A stretch of 64,000 bases of DNA from Camelus dromedarius (taxonomy: Eukaryota), in NCBI RefSeq assembly GCF_036321535.1, contig NC_087447.1, positions 38,628,001 to 38,692,000 on the forward strand, given 5' to 3'. Under the pieces are notes generated by a model. It was not told the DNA's origin. It did not search any database and worked only from the letters and a program-made list of their open reading frames with translations. Shown here in pieces: positions 39,786 to 52,656 of this stretch. Each line of letters opens with the position of its first letter. The stretch's first letter is position 1. The translations under genes were made by a program, and so were the position numbers.

Positions 39786-40877
39786 AGATTGGCCAAGATA
39801 GTGGAGTAGAAAGACCCAGAGCCCACCTCCCCTCATAGGCACACCCAAATCACAACTATTTGCAGAATAATTGTTGATGAAAAAGACCGGAACCTACCAG
39901 AAAAGATCTTCTACAACTAAAGATAAAAAGAAGGAACTACAACAAGAGTAGGAAGCGTGGGCTCACAATACAGTCAAGTTCCCATACCCCTGGGTGGGTG
40001 ACCCGCGAACTGGAGAATAATTACAGTGCAGGGGTTCTCCCACAGGAGCGAGAGTTCTGAGCTCCGTGTCGGGCTCCCAGCCTGGGGACCCTGCATGGGA
40101 AGATGAGCCCCCAGATCACATGATTTTGAAGGCCAATGGGGCTTAATTTCAGGCGCCCCAAAGGGTTGGGGGAAACAAACTACACTCGTAAAGGCGTACA
40201 CAAAACCTCAAAGCATCATGGATCCAGGGCAAAAGTAGTAAAGCAGTGATCTGATAGGAGCCTGGACCAGACCTACCTGCTGGTCTTGGAGAGTCTCTTG
40301 GAGAGGCAGCGGTGAGGGGTAGTGGTGGGGCACGGCTGCAGAGCACCCTGGGGACAGAGACACTGGCAGCAGCCATTCTTGGGAGCTACTTCTACTGTGT
40401 GGATGCTGCTGCCAGTGGATGCTATGCTGGTGCTGACAGGCACCACAGTGGAATTCTCCCTCAAGCTCGTTAGTGCCAAGAACTGGCCCCACCCAAAAGC
40501 CTACAGGTACCAGTGCTGGGACCAAGCAACTAACTGGGCAGGGACACAGCCCCACCCGTGAGACAGGCTGCCTAAAGACATCCTGAGCCCACAGGTGCAT
40601 CTGGACATGGCCCTGCCCACCAGAGGGCCCAGGACCCAGCTCCATCCACTGGTGGGCAGGCACCAGTCCCAGAATCTCATGGGTCCCGGTCGTGCCCTCA
40701 GGAAGCCTGCACTAGCCTCTAGACCAGCCTCGCCTTCCATGGGGCAGGCGCCAGATGCAAGAAAATCAAAATCCCATAGCCCGTGGACCCAGCTACAGAA
40801 GGCCAGACCCTGCCACGGGACCAGCCGGGCCCCAGCCCTGCCCACTAGCAGGTCAGTACACTTACTTCATGACCCTG
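39786..40877 (+). mobile_element. Isolated L1 5'UTR-like segment (artiodactyl type)
   Basis: Starts ccaagatagtggagtagaaagacc..agcccacctcccc, an L1 5' terminus with a YY1-like aagatgg variant. About 1.1 kb and GC-rich, with no ORF1 following. Confidence 0.75.
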
Positions 40878-41132
40878 AAAGATGAAGTAGGTGTGGAACC
40901 ACTCCTTTTGTCCTTTTCTACCCTTGTCACAGAGCCATCACTGTCCTTCCCAGGGATGGGATGAGGCTCAGGAGTGGAGTAACACATCTACTGTATATTC
41001 TCTTGTTTAAAAAAAAAAATATGGATTGAAAGGTTAATGTAGTTATGATACCATCTGGTGATTTTTCAATGTTGCACAAATGTTTCCATGTTTATCCTAT
41101 GACCCTTTCACGTTAAAAATGTCCACAGGGAC

Positions 41133-41520
41133 AAACATGTAATAGAATATTATTCAGATGTATAAAGGAATGAAGTAGCAACACCTGCTACAACACAGAT
41201 GTACCTCCAAAACATTATGGCAAGTGAAAAAAGCCAGATGCAATAGAGCACATATTGTATGATTCCATCAATATGAAATATCAAGAATAGGTAAATCCAC
41301 AGAGACAGAATGCAGCTTGGTGATTGCCAGGGGCTGGGGGAAGAGGAGAATGGGGTTCACTACTTATGGGTAAAGGGTTTTACTTTGGAGTAATAGAAAT
41401 ATTTTGGAACTAGATACAGGTGGTGTTTGCACAACATTGTGAATGTACTAAATGCTACCAAATTGATGACTTTAAAATGGTTAACTTTATGCTATATGAA
41501 TTTAATTTAATTTAAAAAAT
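41133..41520 (+). mobile_element. L1MB-like 3' end
   Basis: cacatattgtatgattcca, gcacaacattgtgaatgtactaaatg and ctttaaaatggtta. Confidence 0.85.
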
Positions 41521-42524
41521 ATCTATAGCATCTAAACATCATATTTTGATCCCACAGTGGTCGGGGCAGGGAATATCTTGGCAACCCCTGTTCCATCAAT
41601 GGGATAGGACTGGGGCAGGCCATGTACTTGCACATGCCCAGCAAGTTGCGGTCACAGCCCCGGCCCCCTGCAGTGTGGGTTTCAGTGTTCCACCTGAGCT
41701 TCAGTTTACTGCCATGCCTGGAGCAACTCGGCAGCCCATACTTCCTGTTTAATTCTTTCCAGTTTCCTCCCCGGAGACTGGATCCTGCACCTGGAACTCC
41801 AGCTGCTCAATGAAACTGTACTGCCATTGGGCTGCTCCCCTGGAAACATGCCACTGCCAGCTTCCCAGGAAGCCCTGGCATCTGGATCCCACCTGTTGGA
41901 TGGTGGGTCTTAGAGGATCTAAGTCTTCATGAACCAAGCACATGCTTCTCTTTTAACCATGGCCTTGGTCTCTCCAACTGCTCTCCCAAGAACCAGACAC
42001 TTTAGCTGATTCAGGGTTTCCCACCCACTTTTCTGTTGATTTCTTGCTTCCACCCCTGGGTAGCATTGCTGAGGTCCCAGCCAGCCTTGAAAGAGAGCCA
42101 CACTGACTTATGACAAAGGAGCCTGTGGTTCTTCTCATACCTAATGCCAGAAAAATTGCAGGGTAAGCTGTACTGCAGCCACATCAGATCCTCCTAATCC
42201 TGCCAGCTTCCTCTAAATCACACACAGAGTCATCACATGTGGGTTTTCTATGTTATTTCCTTCCAAGATAAAAAGAGTTGGTGAGCTCCATGAAATTACA
42301 AAGTATTACGAGTGCTGGCTAATTCCTCCTAATACTCTTCCTCTCTTCCCACTAACAAGCCTTTCTCCTGCCAGGTCCCTGGGCTTGTTTTCCACTTTCC
42401 AAATGACATTTCTTCACTTGGGGAACATCTTCCCCCACAGGCAGTCCTCTACCCCCTGGTTTACAGGAGGGGCTCTGCCCCTCCAGACTTCACAGACCAA
42501 GTGAGGCAGAAGGTGGGGGTAGGA

Positions 42525-42780
42525 GGGTCAATGTAGCTTAGTGGTGACTAGTGAACAAGGGCTTTGGAGTCGGGTGGAAGTGGGGTTAAGACCCAGCTCT
42601 ATCACTTAACTGCTTTATTACCCTGAATACAAACTCTCTCAGCCTCAGTTTTCTCATCAACAAAATGGGAATAGTATAGTAAAGACCCTATAGGGCTTTA
42701 ATGAGGATTAAGTAAGATAATGCATTCAATACACCTAGCATCATGCTTGGCATAAACGTCAGCTACTTACACTATTATTC
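42525..42780 (+). mobile_element. MIR SINE
   Basis: cctcagttttctcatcaacaaaatggg...tgaggattaag. Confidence 0.75.
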
Positions 42781-42799
42781 ACACTAGTAGATGCATTGA

Positions 42800-43306
42800 G
42801 CATCTCTATGCACCTCTTCACATCCTTTCATCCCAACTCCGACTCCATTTACTGTTGAAACGAGCAGCTCTGTCCACTGTCATTGGATGATACACACCTT
42901 GTCTGCATGGTATACCTCTTGCTTCCTAGTCTAGAGCTTCTTTGATGCCATAGTATATGTTCAGAATCTGATGAACGTTCACACATGTGCAGCCTAGAAG
43001 TGCAGGGGCATTAATGCTTGTGGGACTCCCTCCACTGATCAACAGAGAATGAAAATCAATGGATAATGGCTTCCTCCTTAATTCCTGGGCACACTGTTCT
43101 GAGACACGTCATAAGGCTTCTCAAAAGGTCCCAGGAGGATCAAGCACCAGTTTCCTACAATGATGGCCAGGTCAACAACACTTGACTGAATAACCCCTGT
43201 GCCCTCTGTCCCCACCTCCTCCTCCCTGGAATCACTTCCCAAACAAACTCCCTGCACATAAGCCTATGTCTCAGCTGGGCTTTTAGGAGAACCCAGGCCA
43301 GGAACA
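42800..43306 (+). mobile_element. LTR16-like (ERVL) solo LTR
   Basis: gcagcctagaagtgcagggg, ggaatcacttcccaaacaaact and ctcagctgggcttttaggagaaccca. Confidence 0.65.
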
Positions 43307-43346
43307 AGCAGTTACTGAGTTCCCAGCGCTGGGGCATGCACTGGAG

Positions 43347-43569
43347 TAGGGCTCAGTACACTGTTTTCTATAAAGCGCTGGATTAAAAAGCACTTTAAGC
43401 TTTGTAGGCCATAAGGTCTCTGTTGCAACTCCTCAATTTTGTTGCTGTAGCATGAAAGCAGCCCTGACAATACATAATTGAATGAACCTGGTTGTGTTCC
43501 AGTAAAACTATTTATAAAAACAGGCAGTGGGCCAGATGTGGCCCATAGACTGTCATTTGCAAACCCCTG
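43347..43569. mobile_element. MER58A-like hAT-Charlie MITE
   Basis: ggccataaggtctctgttgcaact, gtgttccagtaaaactatttat, and the end tttgcaaacccctg. Confidence 0.8.
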
Positions 43570-43899
43570 CATTAGGGCCACAAAGATGAGTGAAAATTAC
43601 CCCCTCCTCCATGAAGTCCACAGTCTTGGGTTGGGAGGAGTACCACCTAGAAATGAGTCTGGAAAGGTGGTTGGAAACAAGTCACAAAGCACCTCAGACC
43701 CCATGCTAAGGAATTTTGGCGTATTCTTTGGTGATGGGGAATTCTGAATACACTCTCAGCTTGTGTAGCAGCTGAGAACAGGCTATTTCACTGGCCCATT
43801 TCTAACATTTATGTAAAACCCTGTCCTGCGAGAGGGCTGCCTCTTCTGCACTCCTCTAGCACACTGAGTGGTATTTCCATGACCAAACTTCCCGTCAGA

Positions 43900-44175
43900 C
43901 AGCCAAGTTCCCTTATCTGATACCCTTGAGGCCAGAAGTGCCTCAGAAATCAGAATATTTTTGGATTTCAGAAAGACAATACAGTGCACTTTCCGTATTT
44001 CTTGTAACCTCCCCATCAGGGTCTTGGGCAGCACCAAACACATCCATATTTATACTAAAAGACAATAAATAACTTCAAGTTAGTTCAGGGCAGGTTTGGG
44101 CCCTAAATGAGTTAAGAAGACATCTTTTGGATTTTAGAGCTTTCTGGATTTCAGAAATGCAGATGAAGGACCTGA
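43900..44175. mobile_element. MER96B-like DNA transposon relic
   Basis: cccttatctgatacccttgaggccaga...ttttagagctttctggatttcagaaatgcagatgaaggacctg. Confidence 0.5.
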
Positions 44176-44684
44176 TTTGTTTTTGTGTTTCACCCCTAGA
44201 CTGTGATGTTCTCAGAGACAGTCTCTGAGTCCTCATTTACTGCATGCAAGAGGTGCTCAATAAATGTTACCAAGAGAGTGAGCAGACAAGAATGATAGAA
44301 CAGTGTTCATGGAGGGATTCAGTGGATGAAGAGGCTGGTCAGGGACTCCGGTAAAGGACGTGGGGATATGTAAATGCTCTGATCAGGATTCTGAACTTAT
44401 CTGGAAGGTGATCAAGGACCCCCTTCAGGTTTGTTATGTAAGTGGCCCCTTCAGGACTCAGCTGCATCTGAGGACAGCAAGCCTTCTGCCTGTGTGCGGC
44501 AGGGCCAGAAGGCAAGGAACCAGGGTGAGCAGCAGGAGGTTCCCGCAACAGTGAGGCAAGAAGTCAGGAATAAGGCAGTGACTGGAAAGCAAGTGAGAGA
44601 AAAAAGAAACATCTGGCAACTAATGATGTTGGGGAAGAGGGAGAACTTGCAGGTGAACCTGACCCAGTGGCACCTGTCTGAATG

Positions 44685-44910
44685 GTAGAAGGCAGTGTTA
44701 AGATCACAGACTCTGGAGCCCAGGTGCTTCTGTTTAAAACCCCTGTCACTCTAAGAGCTCTGTCACTTCCCTGTGACCCTGGGCAAGTTACTAAACCTCT
44801 CTGTGCCTTAGCATCCTCCTTAGTATCTACTTCATAGGGTTGCTGTGAGGATTAAATAAGTATTTGTAAGGCACCTAGAGCAGGGCTTGGCTAGGGGCTA
44901 TTATTACTGC
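44685..44910 (+). mobile_element. MIR SINE
   Basis: ctgtgaccctgggcaagttactaaacctctctgtgcct...gctgtgaggattaaat. Confidence 0.78.
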
Positions 44911-46139
44911 CTGTAACCAGTCATTGTTTCATAAGGTTGAACTCTTCAAATGGTTCACCAAGTGATCGTCTCCTCCAGAGTAAGGAAACCCACACCTCAA
45001 ACCCTCCAGAAAGTCTGGAGACATCTATCTATTCTATTCACAGAGGCTTTATCTTTCAACCAGTTGCTACTTTGCTGTAACAGTTTGCACCATTGTAGCA
45101 TGTCAGGGAAACTTGAAGTGCTGGGTCATTCATTTGTAGGAAGAAAGCTATAAGGAGGGCTGCGTGGAAAGCCTATAATTTAGAAATGTTCAAATCTTTG
45201 CATCCAAATGGAAAATGGAAATGGTGTCAGGTTTGTGCCAAAAGGAAAGTCATAATTGCTATGTGCTTCCCTTCCCCGCCCTCCAGGGCAAAAGGACATA
45301 ACGAACAATGTAGGCATCAGAGCTGTCATCATCTACAGGCATTTTGCAGATTCTGCAGCTTATCCTACCAGGCTGCCTTCTCCTAGGAATATTACCCAAA
45401 CAGGGCAACACAAATGCCCACTTTTGCAAGTGAGGGCCCTGCAATAAAGCTGGCATCTCCTCTTTCATCTTCCTGAACTTTGCTGCCATATTTAAGCAAC
45501 CTTACTAACTTTTTAGCGAACCTGCCTCCCAGCATGTCCATCCACTGTTTTAATACCCACTAAAGGTTCCCTTGTTCCTCTTTAACCAAGTTTAACCTCT
45601 TCCCCTGGAACTTGGAGAACCTCCATGATTTAGCAATGGGTTTTGGCACCCAAAGACCTTCTAATCTCACTAAGTCTATCTGTTTACTGTCTCCCACAGC
45701 TACCATGTTTACTCTCACCTCCAAGTTCTCACTTCAGTTTTCACTCTGTCCACCCCCTTTACCTGGAATAACCTCTTCCCTTCTGTCCATTTATCCAAAC
45801 CCTAGTATTGCCTTCAAAATAGAAACTCAGCTTTCTAAGGAGCTCTGGTGTTCCCATTATTACATGCCTCACTCATCTGCTTTCTGACTAACCATGTTTA
45901 ATCTGTCCCCAGTTCATGTCTGTCTTGGGCTTGCTAACTTCTGCACATGTTATTTTTACTTACACAACTAGACTTCATGAAAGTGTCTTGAGAGTCTGAG
46001 CCTTTCTCAGTGCTGACTTACTGTGGGCATGTGGCAGGTGCACATGGAATACTGGTGGTTGACTGGATTCCCCAACATCACCTTCCACATTGAAAAAAAA
46101 AAAAAAAAAGGAAAAGTCTCAGCTAGATAAAGGGTGTGT

Positions 46140-48620
46140 CACAACTTGATTCAAGGCAGCAATTTGAAACCTGTACTTCCTGTATACTTAAAAGTGAACT
46201 ATAATAGTATTCCCACTAAAATAGAAATAAGCATGAATTCCACTATTCATATATTGTACTAGAGGTGAACAATAATAAACTAAAACATGAAAAAGAAACA
46301 AAGGTATGTTTGTTCATTATTTCCCGAAAGAATGAAAAATTAAGCTGTGAGAACTATCAAGAGAGTTCAGTAATGTCCAGGCTCAAACTCAAGGTATAAG
46401 AATCAGTAGCTTTCCTTAACACAAGAAATCGATGATTAGAAAGTTTACTAGGAAAAAACAGCCTATACACAAAAGCAATAAAAGTATAAAATACCTGGGG
46501 GGAGGGGGAGCCTCACAACACTGTGAAGTCTAAATGAAGAAAAATTCCATTACTTTCCTGAGGGACATAAAAGACCTGAATAGGGGATATTCCCTATTCC
46601 TAACTGAGAAAACATACTGTAGGGTTTGCAGCACCATTCAGAATCCCAATGTAAGTTTTTATGGAACACAACAAACTTATTCTACGATTCATCTGGAATT
46701 ATGAATCTGCTTGAATGGACATGAACATTTTGAAACAGAAGATTAATGAGCGGTGACTTGCTGTCAAAACATAAAAAAATTTATGCTATAAAACAGTGTG
46801 GGTTTCATGCAGGAATAGATAAAAAGATCAACAGAACACAGCGGACCTGTATAAAAATTTTATATTTGATAAAGTAGCATTTCAAACAGTTGGGTAAAGG
46901 ACAAACTGTTTGATAAATGGATGTGGAACAACTAACTAGCAAATTTGAGAAAAACAGGTAACTATGATTTCCCGTCTGTGCTGGACAGCTTTGGTTTGCC
47001 CCTCTGGATACCTTCTCCATCCTTCTGCACCCTGGTTTTTGCAGGAAGGGAGCAGCTGTGTGGACTCTATCAATGGGCTTCATTGTCATCATGGTTGGAG
47101 CTAAGGTCAAATGGGAGAATCAACAGAGAATCAAGGTTGGGGTTCCTGTGGGATCACCTCAGGCTAGTAGCTTCCCAAAACCAAAGCTATCAGCTCCTGG
47201 GAGATGGTGGTCTTCTCTGCCCTGTCCTCTGTACCCTCCCCTTGCCCCTTCCAGCATGGGTGGTAAAGGCTCCTTCCACTGTTATTTTGGCCACACCGTT
47301 GTAAAGACCCCTGATTAAACTGACCCTTTGGCACCTCATATTCAGCATGCCATCTATTTTTCTGTTGATTTTACTGATACCAAATTAATCATAAAATTAA
47401 ATCCCAGGAATATTAAAGACATAAGTTTATTTTTAAATCTATAGGGATATTAGCAATATGGGAATATATTGATAACCTTGGGTGTGGGAAGATTATTTTT
47501 ATAAAAGGTGAATCAAAATTCATAAGAGAAAGGATGGATACATCTAATTAAAATCAAAATTTCAAATTTCTGGATGACTGGATACTCATAAGCAAAGTTA
47601 AAAGAAAGTGGAGAGAAATATTTGAAATTTATGACAAAGTATTATTATCTGCATACATAAGGATTAATTTTTAAACATAAATATATTTTAAATCTATACA
47701 ATCATATGTCTACATATGTTTATATATAAGATACATAATATAAAATGTATTATATACATATAATATACATGGACTTATATAAATATATGGAAATATATAA
47801 TCAATTTTTAAAAGAAATATTAGAAAAATGGACAAGAATATGAATGGGCCATTCACAGAAGAGGAAATAGGAATGGAATAAAGATCTGAAAAGATTCTTA
47901 TAATATTACTAGTAATCAGGAAAATAGAAATTACAAGAAGATATCATTTTGACTATCAGATTGGCAGAACTTTAAAGAATGATAAACATCAAGAGCTGTT
48001 GAGCAAGTAAGGAAATAGGCTCTCTTGTTCACAGTCGGGGAGAGTGTTTAAGTTGGCAAGCTTCTGGAAGAAAATCTGGCAGTGTATATTAAAATTATAA
48101 ATGTGCATCCCTTATGATCCCACTTCTTGGCAGCTACCATGGATAAAAACTTGCACATTTGCTCAAAGAGGCATGGATAAGGATGTTTATTATATAGCAT
48201 TATTTGTAATAGTAAAAAACTGGAAACAATCTAAATGTCCATCAATTGTGGAATAACTAATACATTTGCACAGCAGATTATATGCAACACTTTAAAAAAA
48301 AGAGAGAGCCATATGTTCTGACCTGGAAATGTCTCTAATACATTTTATTTACTGAATACCCATTCAGTTTCAGGACATCATGTAGACCATGATACCATTT
48401 GTGTAAATGGTACCTATGTGTTTATATATGCATAAAAATGCATAGAAAAAAACATATATATTAAATTGATATCTATTGCTACTTTTGGGTAGAAGATTCT
48501 GGGATTCATTGGGAGAAATGTCACAGAGTTTTCACTTTTTCTGTATTTTGCTATTTTCTGTATTGTTTGAAATTTCACAATGTAAATGTATATACATCTT
48601 ACCTATAAAATTATTATTTC
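46140..48620 (+). mobile_element. Old L1 (L1ME/MD-like) ORF2 3' half and 3'UTR
   Basis: Decayed ORF2 phrases in collinear order (aatcagtagctttcct; tgaatgggccattcacagaagaggaaat; aaactggaaacaatctaaatgtccatcaa). Confidence 0.75.
46978..47382. mobile_element. LTR33-like (ERVL) solo LTR nested in an old L1
   Basis: GC-richer block starting tgtgctgga and ending tgccatctatttttctg...actgatac, interrupting the L1. Confidence 0.55.
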
Positions 48621-48623
48621 TTT

Positions 48624-50045
48624 GGAAAGATATCCCATGCAATTGGATTGGAATAATTAATATTGTTAAAATGGCCATACTACCCAAAGCAATCTACAGT
48701 TTTAATGCAATCCCTATAAAATTACCCATGACATTTTTCACAGAACTAGAACAAATAGTCCTAAAACTTATACGGAATCACAAAAGACCCAGAATAGCCA
48801 AAACAATACTGAAGAGAAAGAACGAAGCTGATGGAGTAACCCTCCCAGACTTCAGACAATATTACAGAGCTACAGTGATCAAAACAGCATGGTATTGGTA
48901 CAAAACCAGACACATGGATCAATAGAACAGAACAGAGAGCCCAGAAACAAACCCACACACCTATGGTCAACTAATCTTTGACAAAGGAAGCAAGAATACA
49001 CAATGGAGAAAAAACAGCCTCTTCAGTAAGTGGTGTTGGGAAAGTTGGACAGCCACATGTAAAATAAATGAAGTCAGAACACTCCCTCACACCATACGCA
49101 AAAATAAACTCAAAGTGGCTTAAAGACTTAAGTGTAAGATAAGACATAAACTTTCTAGATGAGAACATAGGCAAAACATTCTCTGACATAAACCCTAGCA
49201 ATGTTTTTCTAGGGCAGTCTATCAAGTCAATAGAAATGAAAGCGAAAATAAATAAATGAGATCTAATTAAATTTACAAGATTTTGCACAGCAAAGGAAAC
49301 TATAAATAAAATGAAAAGACAAGCTATGGAATTGGAGAAAATATTTGCAAACGAAGTGACTGATAAGTACTTAATTTCTGAATATACAAACAGCTCATAC
49401 AAGAGCTACCATATGATCCAGCAATCCCACTCCTGGGCTTATATCCAGAGGAAACTCTAATTCAAAAAGATACATGCATCCCAATGTTCACAGCAGCACT
49501 ATTTACAATAGCCAAGACAGGGAGGCAACCTAAATGTCCACCAACAGATGAATGAATAAAGAAGATGTGGTATATACACATGCATAATGGAATACTACTC
49601 AGCCATAAAAAAGAATAAAATAATGCCATTTGCAGAAACATGGATAGACCTGGAGATCATTATACTAAGTAAGCCAGAAAGAGAAAGCAAAATACCATAT
49701 GCTATCACTTATATGTGGAATCTAAAAAAAAAATACAAATGAATGTATTTACAAAACAGAAATACACTCACAGACATAGAAAACAAACTTGTGGTTACCA
49801 GTGGGGAAAGGGCAGGGTGAAGGGATAAATTGGGAGTTCAAGACTTGCAGATACTAATTACTATATATAAAACAGATCAACAGCAGGGCCCTACTGTACA
49901 GCACAGGGAACTGTATTCAATACCTTGTAATAGCCTATGATGAAAAAGAATACGAAAAGTAATATATATATATAACTGAATCACTATGCTGTACACCAGA
50001 AGTTAACACACTGTAAACTGACTATACTTGAATTTTAAAAAAAGA
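48624..50045 (+). mobile_element. Young 5'-truncated L1 with a perfect 19-bp TSD and an internal deletion
   Basis: ORF2 remnant [35 protein letters not shown]...[11 protein letters not shown] ataaaattattatttcttt at 48605-48623 and 50046-50064. Confidence 0.96.
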
Positions 50046-50686
50046 ATAAAATTATTATTTCTTTAGTGAATAATTGTAACATATATAATTCCTTCAAAAA
50101 AAGACAAAAGAAAGGAATAACATGGGGCTATAGAGTTAAATGGATGTGTGACTTGAAGAAACTTGCTTGATTCACTGGGACCTGCCTCCTCCTGCATAAA
50201 AGGGGGAAGTTTGTCTTGAAGATTAAGTTAGACAAAGCCTGCTAGATGTGTGGCTGAATTCCTGGTAGACTGAAGGTATTGGTTGTCCCTTTCTCTCTTC
50301 TCCATTTGGCTTTTGAGAACCTTGAGGATCAAGATCTTACCTCAGTTGCCTGTATATTCTGGATGTCTGTGCAAATAGAAGCTCAGTTACATTTGCTGAA
50401 AGAATGAGTGACTGAACAAGCCGCATTTGTTCATTGCTAGTGGATAAACGTATGTTCACATATGTTCATTGTTAATGGGTAAATGAGAGATGCCTTTCTG
50501 GCTTCCACCAGGAAGATCAAATGCTTCTGGTTTGTGAAAACAATCAATCAAAGAAAACCAGAGATCTATGCCAGAGGGATATGGATTTTTAGAGCAGGAG
50601 GACCCAACACATAGATCTGATGTTGGCGAGGCCCAGGCTCTGCTAGTGGAAGGGCTGCCACGGGCAGGGGTGTGGGTACTGGCAAG

Positions 50687-51181
50687 TGAAACTGAGAGCC
50701 CGGTCTCCAAGCTGAGAGACTGAACATACCAATGGCCAATGGCCAGGCTCTACATGACAATGATGATAAAATTCTGACCCCCAACCCTCTGCACTAAATG
50801 ACTTGGGAAGCCACCACCTCTGAAGCCATCAGCCCAGAATGGTTAGAACTTGGCCACTGATGCCAACTCTAATTTTTGCCCCCACTGCCTCCTCTACTTC
50901 CAGCTCAGGATCAGGCAGAGAAAGCCAAATATGTTCTCTAAACCAATCACATAAAATGCTCCATTTCTAGTTAGCCTGCTTTCAGGTTCCCCATGCCAAC
51001 ACTCTTCAGTCAGAATGTACCTGCAATCTTCCCCTTTTTCCACTATAGAGCTTTCCCACCCCTCTGCCTGCCTTTGAGTCTCCGCCAAATGCTAGTGATG
51101 GCAGCGGACTTCCTTGCTATGTAGGAAACCTTCGATAAATAGCCTCTGTTCTCACTTCAGTGGTCTTTGTTTATTTCTACA
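50687..51181 (+). mobile_element. Solo LTR (ERVL-class, MER74/MER73-like)
   Basis: About 495 bp bounded by TG and CA, with CCAAT (aaccaatca), TATA-like ctatagag and a polyA-like gataaa. Confidence 0.55.
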
Positions 51182-52656
51182 AGGCCTCTTCCACATTTCA
51201 ACTAGATACTAGAAATACGTTATATATTGGGATTTATATGTAAAGTTTCATTTAAACAAAATTCTACTGCTAAAATTAAAAAAAAATCACCAATGTAGAT
51301 TAATGCCAAAAGCCAAACTTCTCAAGAATTCTGAGGAAGGATGCTCAGCTTACATTAAACTGAGAAAAAAAAAATGTCCAGACAGATGGCAGCAAAATGA
51401 GGCCAAGACAGGGCTGGATATGGTCAATGGACTGAGGCTTCCAGAGATCTCTGTGGGCTTTTTTTTTTCCCCGTAAGCAAGGCACACCTGACTAGAAACT
51501 GCAGGGACTGAAGTGCCTAGGTGGAACATCCCCTTATCAGCCTTTTCTCAGCACTAGGCTGTGGTTAACCACAGTAGTAAGTGTACTGAAATGTCCACCT
51601 GCCAGCAGTGCAGACAAATGAACCAAATACATGAATAAGGTCTTGGGGGATTTAAAGAAGAGGAAGATGGCTGGGAAGTTTCCAGCCCCTACCTCCAGGA
51701 AAAATGACATCTTGGATGTTGGCATTGGAGCCCTGCCCATTTACCCATGACTATTTGCCTGTCTGAAATTCTAAAATTCCCAGCATCATTTTATACAGCC
51801 TTCAAATCTGTTTAGAAGAGGTTACAGCTGCATGTCTCAAACTGCTGAATGTTAATAGATGTCTCGGCAAAAAAAAAAAAAAAAAAAAAAAAAGGAGCTT
51901 TGCAGTCAAGTTTGGGAAATACTGGGTAAAACCACGTTAAACAGATTCTTTTTGCCAGGACTCTGTAATACTTTCAATATGCTAATATATGTTATGAATT
52001 TGCAAGAAGGGAATACAGTATACAGCATTTTCCAAACTTACTTAACCATAGAAATTGGTTTCTTGCTCCTATTTACATCTCCCTGAACATCATTCTATCA
52101 CATACAATTTTGGAAATGCAGGTTTGAGGTAATGCTGCTTTTCAGAGGAAACCATTAGCTGGCTAACATCTCTTACCATCTATTGTAACTCACCAAAAGG
52201 AGGATTAGGAGGACCCAGAGTTAGAAGTACAAGAGCACAATTTTGATTGAAGGAGGAAGAAAATAGGGCCATAAAGCAGATCCAGGGGCCAGTGGAGGTT
52301 ACAGTTGGGTCTCAGGTCCACCTAGCACAGTTTAAGGATACTAGGTATTGAATTCAAGATGGAGGAAGCCAAAAATTATCCTCACTTGGTTCATAATTTT
52401 TCTTAACTAGCCCTAGGATCATTATCTCTAGGAAGACAGAGTGGACAGCAGAATCACTGTATGAGAGGAAAATAGTGGTTCAGGTGATTGATTCTTTTTA
52501 TAGCACTTCACCAAAGACGGTGCGTGACACAACTTGTCCGATATCCCAGTAAAGCCACTTTTCCTTTTGCAACCACACGATGAAGTCTTCACGAGGCCGA
52601 AGGGAAGGGAAGGGAAGGATAGGGAAGGGAAGTGTTAGGATTCCATGCTGACTTAC

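Larger units (their letters stand above)
18692..52656 (-). other. SPON1: SPON1 intron (33,965 bp, GT-AG, phase 2)
   Basis: Bounded by donor GTAAGT (52656-52651) and acceptor CAG (18694-18692). The reading frame is continuous across it. Confidence 0.92.

Noticed and set aside
39659..40889. agatgaagta at 39659-39668 and 40880-40889 as a TSD of the L1 5'UTR
   Set aside because: The left copy is about 120 bp from the element start, with no TT/AAAA context and no polyA tail. A 10-bp match may be chance.
39974..40964. Dense cluster of overlapping ORFs
   Set aside because: GC-rich L1 5'UTR has few stop codons, and there is no homology signal.
48476..48925. 149-aa ORF as a functional protein
   Set aside because: It is a truncated L1 ORF2 remnant fused to flanking sequence, with a premature stop.
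51378..51394. CTCF-like ccagacagatggcagca
   Set aside because: The 5' half of the core fits poorly, and it reads equally well as a lone CAGATG E-box.
51868..51892. Long A run as a retrocopy tail
   Set aside because: No upstream AATAAA, body or clear TSD, so it is treated as a simple homopolymer.
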